NCBI RefSeq assembly: GCF_009914755.1
Contig: NC_060935.1
Source: the human T2T-CHM13v2.0 reference genome, Homo sapiens
Direction: 5' to 3' (one strand)
DNA: 64,000 bases
Shown: one piece after another, positions 11,801 to 25,354 of the stretch
Layout: every line of letters starts with the position of its first letter
Position numbering within the stretch: position 1 is the first letter of the stretch
The notes under the pieces: model-generated
What the model saw: only the letters and a program-made list of their open reading frames with translations
Told to the model about the DNA's origin: nothing
Databases searched by the model: none
Position numbers and translations under genes: made by a program

Positions 11801-13981
11801 GATGCTAGCTAGTTATTTTGCACACTATTTGATGCAGTTTCTTCATAGTGTCATTGGTCTTTATATTTTCATGTGTTTTGCAGTGACTAGCACTGGTTTT
11901 TCCTTTCCATATATAGTACTTCCTTCAGGAGCTCTTGCAAGGCAGGCCTGGTGGTGATGAATTTTCCCAGCATTTGCTTGTCTAAAAGGATTTTATATCT
12001 CCTTCGCTTATGAAGCTTAGTTTGGATGGATATGAAATCCTGGGTTGAAAATTCTTTCCTTTAAGAATTGTGAATATTGGACCCCACTCTCTTCTGGCTT
12101 GTAGGGTTTCTGCTGAGAGATCCACTCTTAGTCTATTGGGCTTGCCTTTGTAGGTGACATGGCCTTTCTCTCTGGCAGCCCTTAGCATTTTTTCCTTCAT
12201 TTTGACCTTGGAGAATCTTATGATCATGTGTCTTGGGGTTGATCTTCTCATGGAGTATCTTAGTGGGGTTCTCTGTATTTTCTGAGTTTGAATGTTGGAC
12301 TGTCTTGCATGGTTGAGTAAGTTCTCCTGGATTATATCTTGAAGTGCGTTTTCCAACTTGGTTCCATTCTACTCGTCTCTTTCAGGTATTCCAATCAGTC
12401 ATAGATTCGGTCTTTTTACATAGTCCCATATTTCTTAGAGGTTTTGTTTGTGCTTTTTCATTCTTTTTTCTCTAATCTTGTCTGTCTGCCTTATTTCAGC
12501 AAGATAGTCTTCCATCTCTGATATTCTTTCTTCTGCGTAATCCATTTGGCTATTGATACTTGTGTATGCTTCACGAAGTTCTCGTGCTGTGTTTTTCAGC
12601 TCCATCAGGTTGTTTACTTTCCTCTCTAAACTGATTATTCTAGTTAGCAGCTCCTCTTTATCAAGGTTCTTAGCTTCTTTGCATTGGGTTAGAACATGCT
12701 CCTTTACCTCAGTGAAGTTTGTTATTACCCATCTACTGAAGCTTGCTTCTGTCAAATCATCCATCTCATCCTCCATCCAGTTCTGCACCCTTGCTGGAGA
12801 GGGGTTGTGATCATTTTGAGGAGAAGAGGCATTCTGGCCTTTTGGGTTTTCTTCTTTTTTTTGCTAATTCTTTCTCATCTTCATGAGTTTGTCTAGTTTT
12901 GATTTTTGAGGCTGCTGACCCTTGGATGAGGTTTTTGTGAGGACTTTTTTGTTGTTATTGATGCTGTTTTTGTTGCTTTCTGTTTGTTTCTCTTTGAATA
13001 ATCAGATCCCTCTTCTATAGGGATGCTGCGGTTTGCTGGGGATTCACTTCAGGCCCTGTTCATCTGGTTCACTCTCGCACCTGGAGATGTCACTTGAGGA
13101 GGCTGAAGGACAGCAAAGATGGATGCCTCCTCCTTCCTCTGGGATCTCTGACCTTTAGGGGCACTGATCTGATGCCAGTAGGAATGCTCCTGTATAGAGT
13201 GTCTGACAACCTCTGTTGGTGTCTTACCTGTTGGGTGGCACGGATAGCAGGACCCATTTAATGAGGCACTTTGGCTGTCCCTTCGTGGAGGAGGTGTGCT
13301 TTGCTGGGGGGAAACTCACTTGTCTAGGCTACCTGGATTCCTCAGAGCTAGCAGGAGGAAGGACTAAGTCTGCTGGTCCATGGAGACTATGGCTACCCCT
13401 TCCCCTAGGGGCTCAGGCCCAGGGAGATTAGAATATTTCCCTGGCTGGAGTTGGAGCCCCTCAGGGAGGCCCTGCAGCCACAATATTGGCTGCCATCCCT
13501 CTTCCAAGGAGCTCAGATGGCTTAGACTGCAGGCAGCCACAGCAGTGGTTATGACCGCCCCTCCCCCCAGGAACTCAGCAGGCTTAGGCAGATTCTAGTC
13601 AAGTGGGTGTTGAGAATCTGCACAGCTCCGTGGTTGAGGCCCAAGACTCCAGTGGCGTGGGGTCCTGAGTGGGATCTTCCAATCCATGAGTTGCACAGTT
13701 CCATGGAAAAAGCATGGTTTCCCAGGTTGGGTGGCACGCTCACTCACTGCCTCCCTTGGCTAGGGGTTGGGGCTCCCCTGCCTTGTGTGGCTCTCATGTG
13801 GGCTGCTGCATCACACTGCTCTTCCTTCCTCTCCATGGGTCACGTCAGCCACCCAGTCAGCCCTTATGACAGAACTGGGATACCTCGGTTGGCAGTGCAG
13901 GGTTCGCATACTGTTTTGGATCTTTTTGATGGGATCCTCTGATTTCTACTGCTTCTAGTTGGCCATCTTGGCCCCACCCTC
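8846..13981 (-). mobile_element. Older primate L1PA (about PA8-13) with 5'UTR, ORF1 and most of ORF2; 3' end missing
   Basis: Minus-strand ORF fragments translate to ORF1p (RVDLSAETLQARREWGPIF) and ORF2p ([29 protein letters not shown]); 5' end GGGGCCAAGATGGCC near 13975. Confidence 0.93.
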
Positions 13982-14695
13982 AGCAGTTCTTCCAAATGGT
14001 AAACAAAGAGTTACCATATGACACAGAAGCAGTTTCACTCCTAAGTCTACTGAATAGAATGGAAAACATATATTCACAGGAAACTTGGATATGGGGGCTG
14101 GGTGCAGTGGCTCTTGCCTGTAATCCCAGCATTTTGGGAGGCTGAGACTAGAGAATTGCTTGAGGTCAGCAGTTTGAGATCAGCCTTGGCAACATAGTGA
14201 CACCTTGTCTCTATTAAAAAAAAAATTTTAATTAAATCAAAAAGAAGATTTGAATACAAACATTTATAGTAGCATTATTAGTAATAGCCAAAAGGTAGAA
14301 ACAACCCAAATGTATATCAACTGGTGAATGGATAAACAAAATGTAGTATGTGCATATTATGGAGTACTATGAAGCTGTAAAAAAGAATGAAGTATATGCT
14401 ACAATGTGGGTGAACCTCAAAAACATGCCAAGTGAAAGAAGTCAGACACAAAAATCTCACGTGGTTTATGATTACATGTATATGAAATGGATAAATCCAG
14501 AAAATACATGAGTGGATGCCTGATCCTATGGGTGGGAATGGAAACTGACAGCAAATAAGCACAAGGTGATAGAAATCTTCTAAAATTAGATTGTGGAGAT
14601 GTTTTCACAACTGGTATAAACTTGTTTAAAATTACTGAAATGTATAAATAAAATGTTTAGCTTTTATCTAAAAAAAATCTGTTTAAAAAATAGAA
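13982..14695 (+). mobile_element. Old L1M 3' fragment, interrupted by an Alu monomer
   Basis: GAGTTACCATATGAC, AAACAACCCAAATGT and GGATAAACAAAATGT are typical L1M 3' motifs. Confidence 0.7.
14096..14224 (+). mobile_element. Free left Alu monomer (FLAM-like)
   Basis: GGCTGGGTGCAGTGGCTC...CTGTAATCCCAGCA, single arm ending in an A-tail. Confidence 0.85.
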
Positions 14696-15953
14696 AACAC
14701 AACTTGGATTCCTCTGATTAAGTTAGTATCCCATGTAATGAAGAGATTGTACATTTCATGATCTTTAAGACACTATGATATAGTGAAATGATATGATATG
14801 AAAATATACATGTATTTCACTATATGATGTAGTGAAATGATATCAACAGAAAGGTCTGGACAGAGGTAGATCTACAATTAAATCTGGCTCTCATACGAGC
14901 TTAGTAGCTTGATAAGCTCCCTTGAAATTTCTGAGCCTCAGTTTCCTCATGTGTAAGTGATTTTAAAATAATCAAGTTTAACATTTTAACAAGAACTATA
15001 TCTATATAGTGTGTGTGTATATAAAATAGTAATTGTTGAGTAATTTACTAATTAATTGGTAGCTTTTATTATTGCATAGCTAATATTCTATTATTTCATG
15101 CCCTCCTTTGAAATAGTTCTAATGTCTATAATTCTATTTTTCTACAATCACTATACTTAATAACTTAAACTCTTACATTTGGCTTATTTTAATTTCTATT
15201 AGTTGGTCACATTGACATCTGTCACCATCCTTCTCTAAACTTTTCCCATATGATTCTTTCACATTGACCATTTTTCATTTTCCACTTAAAAGTTGGAGAT
15301 TCCACTGTCCAAGGCATAATCTAAACTTTTCAAGACAGGTTAGCATCCTCTCTGTTATCCGAGCATAGCACTTTCTTCCCTTGTAAATAATCAATTGTTT
15401 TTTATTAGTGCTTTATCCTCCATTGGGTTATATTTATATTTCCTGCAGGGCTTAGGAATGTTTTTTTTTAATAATTTAGATAGTAAATAAAAATAGTTTA
15501 GTAAAGACTAAACAAATGCTACCTACATCACAGTGATACAGAAAGAGAAACAGGGAAAAATGGGTAAGGTTCTCAGCCCATAGTTATTAGGATGAGAGAT
15601 GCTCAGTCACAGTGACACTAGGTGTGGGTATTGGAGTTGGGCCATTCGTCCTCATTACCTTATTTTCATTCATAGTAGATGGTTAGTTACTCCCCTTTTT
15701 ACTTAACTGAATTTATTCCTTTGACTTAACATATTTTTTCCTCTAAGTGCAATGTCACCATGGTACATATAAAGACATATAATATTACTCTGAAGATCCT
15801 ATATTGTTACTATTGTCTGCTTTTTCTTTGAATCTCTCAGTAGAAGAATTGTTAATTGCATTAAGCACACAAATTATAGCCAGATGATGTTAGTACTAAT
15901 CTCCTATTCAAATAAATACATAGTCTCCAAAAGGGCCTGGAAAATCCACTTCC

Positions 15954-16334
15954 TTAAGAAAATGTGGCACATATACACCATGGAATACTATGCAGCCATA
16001 AAAAATGATGAGTTCATGTCCTTTGTAGGGACATGGGTGAAATTGGAAATCATCATTCTCAGTAAACTATCGCAAGAGCAAAAAACCAGACACCGCATAT
16101 TCTCACTCATAGGTGGGAATTGAACAATGAGATCACATGGACACAGGAAGGGGAATATCACACTCTGGGGACTGTTGTGGGGAGGGGGGAGGGATAGCAT
16201 TGGGAGATATACCTAATGCTAGATGACGAGTTAGTGGGTGCAGTGCACCAGCATGGCACATGTATACATATGTAACTAACCTGCACAATGTGCACATGTA
16301 CCCTAAAACTTAAAGTATAATAATAATAAAAAAA
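15954..16334 (+). mobile_element. Young 5'-truncated L1, L1PA2-like 3' end
   Basis: GAGATCACATGG, GGAATATCACAC, GCATTGGGAGAT and GACGAGTTAGT (GAG rather than ACA/ACG) diagnostics; A-rich tail. Confidence 0.85.
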
Positions 16335-16648
16335 GTCTTATAAAAGTGGATTTCTTCCAATCTTTTTCTATTCCTGCTTTTGTTGGATTCTTTAGTAGAG
16401 CTACAGATGGAGATGAGCAGTGCCTTATTTCCAGGAGGCATGGGAAATTTCATCCAATACCTGTGAACTTTTGCCTGGAGTCTGAATTTCATTACATCGA
16501 TAAGAGTACAGGAATCCCACCTGCCACACACCCAGAGTGAGTCTTGGAATCTGAAACTCTTTCAAAGCTTGGAATTGTGTGTTCAGTTAATAATCAAGGC
16601 AATTTCTGTGGTTTGTAGTATTCTCTGGATTTCATCTCTAAATTTTTA

Positions 16649-17681
<1,033 letters not shown>

Positions 17682-18544
17682 GAATGCAACCCCCCCCCAA
17701 AAAACACAATTCTTAAAATTTCAGCCAAAGTTGGGGAAATGTAAGAAATTGATATGATCAGGAAATGGGATTAGAGTATACTTTTTAAAAATCTTGACAT
17801 TATTAAGTTGCTTAAAGTTTTAATAAAACATTTTTTAAAAATAAAAAAAAAGGACTTGTCTTACTACACACACCCTTTCTATTCTCTTCAATGGGTAAAG
17901 CTAGATATCAGAATTCCATTTGAATTTTTCTGTTTTTTAAAAAACATGAATAGCCTTTTTCTTGAAATGTAAGTCTTATTTGTATCTGCATTTAATTTTT
18001 TATAACCATTATCCTTAGTTTCTCATTTCATAATGAGATGAAACCCATCATAAGCCATTCTCATAACGAAATGAGAGACTGAGGGTAATGGTCATAAAAG
18101 ACTCATTTCATAATGAGTCTCTCATTTCATTATGTCTCAGGGATTATAATTATAATCTCCTGCAAGGTCTTCTCAACTCTCACCTCTCCCCTTTAATGAA
18201 TCACTTCATCCTGCATAACATTGACTGATCAAATTTCAAAAGAGTTTATCTCACTGGTCCCCTCCCACAAATGCTAATAATCTCAATCTCACATACTGAT
18301 TTACTGTGCAACACAAAATTCTCAATTTATAACTCAAAACTTCTAAAATGTGATTGGTATCCATTTATTCTTATCCCCTACAACTTTTCTCTACTCAAGT
18401 ACATTTCTCTGTTCAATAAGCATTTCTTTATGCAAGTAGATTTTCTCAACCTCTCCTAAATTTACTGTTAATCTCCTCTTGTTCTCCTCACCCTACCCAA
18501 TCCCCCCTTGAAGAAATCAACTTCATTTTTATCTGATAACATCT

Positions 18545-18712
18545 CTAAAGCTTCTCGGACTTTAGTGTGCACATGAGTCACCTGGGACTCTTGTTAAGCT
18601 GCAAATCCTAATTCAACAGGTCTGGAGTAGGGACTGAGATTTCTGTCTTTCTAATAAGTGCCCAGAGATTTCCATTATGTGGTTCCATGAATTGCACTTT
18701 GAGTAGCAAGAA
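18545..18712. mobile_element. MER5-type hAT-Charlie DNA transposon relic
   Basis: GAGTCACCTGGG...AGGTCTGGAGTAGGG...CACTTTGAGTAGCA resembles the MER5 consensus. Confidence 0.7.
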
Positions 18713-19569
18713 TCTAAGCTACTATTCGAGGTTAAGATCAAGCCTATCCTCTCCATGTTGTCTTTCTACCCTAAGAATGCTTTGGTTCCCCTGTAAACTC
18801 AGTGGCATTTAACAGTGTGTTTTGATATGTAGCCTGTTCAGAAACTCTCTTAGCATACTTCTACACTTTTCTATGTGTATGTGATATAGTTCCCTAAGAA
18901 GAAGAATGTTTTCCATAAATATCTTTGAAAGAGAGCCAAAAAATGGCATGAACTATGAAGTTAGATGGACTTGGGTTTATTGTCCTGTCACTGTCAACTA
19001 CTGGTTGAAGGATATTTGGAAGATTGCTCACTTCCTCTTCTCCTCTTGCTAAATACATCAATTCCACACCTTTAAAATGAAAATAATAATGCATAAAGAG
19101 TGTCCTATTAATAGTTGCTATTAACCCTGGATAGTATGTGAAATAACATAAAATCTTAATTTTTTAAAAGTCAGTTACTCAAACCGCTGAATTTTACATG
19201 ACCCTTTCAATATGAGAATATCACTACTTCACAGAAAAGTCAATTCCAATATTGGACTGTTCATATACAATTTATACCATATACTGTTATACATATACTG
19301 TTCATACAATTTAAATCAACATGACTAAACTTCCCCCAATTATTTTTAGCCTAATCCTTTAAGCTCAATGAAATAGTCAAAATACCAAATAAATTCAAAT
19401 AGAAATAATTTTTTGAACAAATCATGCTTACTGTATTTCACCACCTGCGTATAGCATAAAAATGGTAGGTGAGAAAAATCTGGCTAGTGACTGTCAAGCC
19501 TGACAAAAAAATTGAGACTTTGCTATGACACCTCTTTTCTTATCTCTTTCCTAGGAGTGTTTTTCTCCA

Positions 19570-19876
19570 TGCTCCTCAACTTAGAATGGAATTAATGTCC
19601 TGATAAACCCATCCTAAGTCAAAAATATCATAAGATGAAAATGCATTGAATATACCTAACTTACCAAACATCATAGCGCAGTTTAGCCCATCCTAAATGT
19701 GCTCAGAACACTTCCATTAGCCTACAGTTGGGCCAAATCATCCGAAAGAAAGCCTATTTAATAATAAAATTTTGAATATCTCATTAAATTCATTGAATAC
19801 TATACTGAATATGAAAAATAGAATGCTTTTGCACAATCATTAAGTTGAGCCATCCTAAGTTGGAGACCGTCTGTAT
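19570..19876. mobile_element. MER47/Tigger5-type DNA transposon relic
   Basis: CCTGATAAACCCATC, CATTAGCCTACAGTTGGGC and terminal AAGTTGGAGACCGTCTGTA. Confidence 0.75.
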
Positions 19877-22785
19877 ACTCCTTTCAAAAAGCACAGATCA
19901 TGAACATTTATGAACTCAGTGGGACTGGAACAATTATAGGACTTTTGAATATCAAAATCTAGAATAACTTAGAGATCATCTTGCTTCACTTCATTTTACA
20001 GACAAAGAAAGTAAATCTGGAAAGACTAAGTAGATACCGACAAATTGAAATGCCTTCTAGGAATTTAGAAATAAGGATAATTAGGGTTCTTGCTGAGTAT
20101 TAAACTTTACGTATTACCACATAAATGATCTGAGCAGATAAATACAAACTTAGAATGGCTATCAGGTCATGACAGGAAGGAATGTATTTATAAAAAATAA
20201 GACACTCTAGTGAGGTGTATTCAGGAAGACGTGAACAAGCGTAGGTATATCTCTTTGTAAGACAAAAAAGACTGAATATAATGTGAATGGTAAATATATT
20301 AAAATGATTTCTATTTTCAATATGAGTTCAGTTAAGATGGCAGAAATGTTTCTGTTTGTTTACTACTTGATAAAATATCTGGAAATTAATCTAAAAAAAC
20401 AGATATGAGGAAATGGCCCCAAATAATCTGAACCTGATTAGAAATGAATGAGAAAATAACCTTATTAGATGTTTAAAAGTATATTAAAGCCACAGGTATT
20501 TTTAAAGTTTGGTACTAACATATATATAATAATGATATCTGCACATATGTCAACATATGTATTTGAATTTTAAAATATACAGCCAAAGAATAAAAAGACA
20601 CCAAAGAATACTTAATATTCAAACTCTAAACAGTAGTACGTTTTTAGCTTCTATTTTCAAGAATGGAGAAATATTCATACAGTCTAACACTACTTTTCCT
20701 TTTCTGTCTTATTTATTCATTTTTTATTCTCAATATTAGATAACCTCAAAACAAACTTGAAATCAAAATACCCTCTTAAGAAGTGAAGTTGCATAAAAAT
20801 ACTATCCTATGTGGCTCTTTCTAGTGGAGAGTTCAAATTCTGGGCTTACAGAAATAAGTTCACATATTAGCCCTGCTGCTCATTGACTGTGTGGATACAG
20901 TATAAAGTAAAATTTGCTGTTTGATGTTTTTATGTGGTAGTTTTCTTAACATAAAATAGTAAGATGTATTTTTTATTTCTCTATTAAGAGCAAAACAACC
21001 AATTAATTTTTTTTTATGTGACCTTTTTCTGTCTGTGTGATGTGTCATTGGCCCTGATGAGAAAAAGAAGTCCTCGTGTTTGCCTGAATTTGACTTCTAA
21101 GTAGGCACTTCTCTGGGATCAGAGGACTGATTACATAATTTCTGCCCCCCTTTGTGCCAGGGAGTGTTTATGTGCCCATTGCACTGCAGTTCTGTAGGTC
21201 TGCCAAATAGAGTTTGTAACTGTCTTGGGCTGCTCTTCCTAAGATAGTTAATTAGTCTTCTCTGGAGCATTCTCCTAGGATTATATCAAGGATTTATGTT
21301 GTTTTCATCACAGGAAAAAATCACTGTCATCTCACTGACTAGATCTTACAAGACCTTCAAACTACAGATTATCTTAAATTTTTCAATAAGCTAGCTTTTT
21401 AAATTCCAGGCCAAATACTCTCCCTCTCTCTGTGCTTCTCCTGAATAATATTCATTGCACACGGAATTATACCAGTCATTTCTTATTTATTTTATGGTCA
21501 TATGTTTTATCTCTCTGCCTCATATATAAATGCATTTTCTTTTTATAAGATCATAAACCCATTTGGAATAGACAACAATGTCATGGTTTTGGTGATACAC
21601 TGAAAAAAATTGTGTCACGTTGAATTGGATTGCCTATTCATACATATTTTGATGTTTAACCTTGCATCTCTGCTGTTCAAACAAGCAAAGTCACTGACAA
21701 CACACATTTTTCTCAGAAAGCTTCTGGTGCACAGAAATCAATTCTCCATTATTCCAGTGTTTTTACAATTGGAATTGAGTTTGGGGGAATGTAGTGATCC
21801 TCTTGGACTGTATTTACCCACATACTTTTGAAATATCAGCAAACGCATCTGTCGCACCCAGGGGGTCCTGAGGGTGAAGGACCCACATTTAGACACTGAC
21901 AAGACTGTTATAAGACATAGGTGACTAGGACATGCTTCAGGTCACTATTGACTCATCTTGTTGCAGCCAGGTACATGCTTCATCCCACCTGCCCCACACT
22001 CATACTCAAAAGCTATGTAACAAATGCAGAAGTGTGGTAGCATATGCATTTGTCTACTATCTCAGATATGGAAGCATCAGGGAGACCCAGTTTATGTGGC
22101 GCAGCCGGAAAGCTTATCCTTGATATACCCATGTCAATCTTACAAAAGTGGAGCTCTGTGCAAGCTCAGACGACTCGGCCTCCGCAGGTCCTAGTGCAGG
22201 GCATGCGTAACCGGCTCCCTCACGTTGAGATGAAATTGCCCCCTCAAGTTTAAGTCCAAGGTCATGACCTACCATTTTCATCAAGGTAAAAGGCAGAGAG
22301 AAGGAAGTTTGGATAAGCCTTTTACTTGAACTTCAGTTTCCCCGCAGTTACATGGGAAAATAATAATACCTACCTCACATAATTATTGTCGAGGTCAAAT
22401 CAGGTGGTTTGCAGGAAAGTTATTTATAGCCTGGAAAGAGATAACAGGTATCAATGCAGGAACTAGAAGCAATAATAGACATGTAGATGAATGCCTCAGA
22501 GAAGCAGAGGTTTCATGCAGACATTTTCTTATCTTGAGTCTTTTTAACAAGGTGCCACCCTTGCTGAGTTGCCTTAACTGCTTTTCATTGGCACTGAAGA
22601 AAGACATATGGAAAATCACGTTTGAGAACAGGTTACAATGTGGAACTTTCCGGGTTCCCAGCCAGGAGTCCTCTATTCTATGCATGAATCTTTCTTTCTA
22701 TTTCTGCTTTAAAATTTCCACTTATTTGGTGTCCTATCCAGGGCCCTGCATTATAGGGTTTCCTGCATGTCTGTGATGGATGAAG

Positions 22786-23784
22786 TCAGTGAGGCTGCAC
22801 TTCCTTGTGGCCCCCTAGCCTCTGTAATGCTGCCTTCATTTCTTTGTTGCACAGTGTGTAGATGATGGAGTTAAGCAAGGGAGTGATGACAGTGTAAAAG
22901 ACAGCTACCACCCCATCCAGGGGCTCCTGTGAACAAGGCCGCAGGTAAATGAAGGTGCAGGGCACATAGTAAACAATGACAACAGTGAGGTGGGCAGCAC
23001 AAGTGGAGAAGGCATTGCGGCGCCCATCTGCTGACGGAATTCGCAGGATGGCAGCTACAATATAGCCATAGGAAGTGAGGATGAGCATGAAGCAGGTGAG
23101 GGCCAGGAAGCCAATGTCTGCAAAGGTGACCAGCTCGTTGATGGCCGTATCGGCGCAGGCTAGACGCAGCATGGCAGGAATGTCACAGAAGATGTAGTCG
23201 ACCCGATTGGGGCCACAGAAGGGCAGCCGGAATACAAAACTTGTTTGGAAAAGTGAATGGATAGTCCCTCCCAGCCAGGTGCCTAAAGCCAGGGAGTTAC
23301 AGACTCTGTGGGTCATGATGGTAGCATAGTGTAAGGGCTTACAAATGGCAAGGAAACGGTCATAAGCCATGAGTGTGTAAAGGAAGCACTCAGTACAGCC
23401 CAGGAAATGGAAAGAAAATAGTTGGATTACACAGCCCCCAAAGGAGATAATCCTACTACCCAAGAGAAAGCCAGCCAGCATCTTGGGGACAATAGCACAA
23501 GAAATGGTCATGTCCAAGAAGGAGAGGTGACACAGGAACAAGCACATGGGACGATGGAGCCGGATGTCCACTAAGACAGTGAGGATGATGAGCCCATTTC
23601 CAGAAACAGTGAGGAGATAGATGACAAGGAAAGCTAAGAAGAGTGGCGCTCCCAGCTGTGGTGGGTGGTGCAGGCCCACCAAAATGAAGTGAGACACAGA
23701 AGTCTGGTTTCCACTTTGCAGTTCCTTGCTGTTCACATCTGTCAAAAGAAGTAGCAGAAGGAGATGCTCAACACCCTCTAACAT
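22786..23784 (-). CDS. OR10G6: Olfactory receptor family 10 subfamily G member 6 (332 aa from ATG at 23784; possibly non-functional)
   Basis: 7TM ORF with MAYDRFLAICKPLHY, FCDIP, NAFSTCAAHL; starts MLEGVEHLLLLLLLTD as I recall for OR10G6. The track start at 23799 is a GTG. Confidence 0.88.
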   Translation of the reverse strand: MLEGVEHLLLLLLLTDVNSKELQSGNQTSVSHFILVGLHHPPQLGAPLFLAFLVIYLLTVSGNGLIILTVLVDIRLHRPMCLFLCHLSFLDMTISCAIVPKMLAGFLLGSRIISFGGCVIQLFSFHFLGCTECFLYTLMAYDRFLAICKPLHYATIMTHRVCNSLALGTWLGGTIHSLFQTSFVFRLPFCGPNRVDYIFCDIPAMLRLACADTAINELVTFADIGFLALTCFMLILTSYGYIVAAILRIPSADGRRNAFSTCAAHLTVVIVYYVPCTFIYLRPCSQEPLDGVVAVFYTVITPLLNSIIYTLCNKEMKAALQRLGGHKEVQPH

Positions 23785-23842
23785 TTCTAGGCTCAGCACA
23801 TCAATTCTGTGTCACTCCCAAATAAGGACAGAAAAGGATACT

Positions 23843-23853
23843 TATCTATCTAT

Positions 23854-23900
<47 letters not shown>
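23843..23900. repeat. (TATC)n microsatellite just upstream of the OR10G6 CDS
   Basis: Direct tetranucleotide repeat. Confidence 0.95.
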
Positions 23901-23901
<1 letters not shown>

Positions 23902-25038
23902 ACTATCCGTTCTCTCTCTCTTCTCTCTCTCATTCTTGCTACTGGTCTTTATCATTCTCTCACCTTACTCCCCCTCAACTCCTGATTCTGAGATTCTGCT
24001 TGGTGTCAGGGAGCAGTTGTTCTCTCCAAGGTTAAAGGTAAATGATGATGTGTACATAATTTAGGAGAATGAAGGAAAGACCATACACAGAAGAAGTAAT
24101 CTTCCTTTCCAATCAGGAAGAAGAAATATAATCATATAAAAGCTAAATTAATTGATAAAGGAAGATCTGTTCCATTGTTTTCCTTCAGTTTGATCTCTGA
24201 TATGTATACCAGAGAGTTAGCTTGCATCTTATTGATTTTCTAGGAACATCAGAGTTGTGATTATATTTCCTATCTAAGTGTGCCCAGTGAAAAAATTTTC
24301 AGGTTTTAAAAAAAATATACTATCTGACCTGCACACTGAACCTAATACATTCAGAACCTCTGAAGTTTTAGCTAAAAATATCTATTTTCAAAAAATCTAT
24401 ATAAAAATTTACATGTCATTTAAAATCTCTCAGAATAGTGAAGCAATACAAAATCTTAGCCCCAAGGCACTGGGTTGCCTTTTTTTCTCTCTACTTCTGG
24501 AAAGTAGAGTCCATTTGTCCATCCGTCCATCTGTCCATCCATCCGTCTATCCACTCATCCATCTATCTGTACACCCATACAGTAGGGCGCTATATATTGT
24601 ATCTTATGAGTACAGCCTGTGAAGTCTTACTGGGTTCAAAGATCTAGTTCACTTATACTCATTGGTAATCACATTTTTAATATGTTTTTACAATTATAAG
24701 TGGGGACAATAATAGTGTCTACTTCATAGGATTGTTGTAAAGATTCAATTAATTCACACAATTTACAGTAGCACTCAATCAACATTAGCTATGATTTTTC
24801 ATCAAATATATGTTGTAATCTCGTATTGTTAGACAAATTCCATCTTTGCATGTGTGGCTCTGGTCTGAAGTGAACCTATGGTTTCTAGCGAGTTGTTCAG
24901 TGCTCGATGACACCCCTGCAAATTTGGAGCAGCTTCACAAAGGGCTTCTCCTCCCAGGATTACTGGTGAATGGGACCCGCCAAATGTCAGGGAGAAATCA
25001 GGAAAGTAACTGAGAGCAATGCGAGGTGTTCTTCCTAG

Positions 25039-25354
<316 letters not shown>

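Noticed and set aside
23785-23799. 337-aa OR10G6 start given in the ORF track
   Set aside because: The start codon is GTG, an artefact of alternative-start calling
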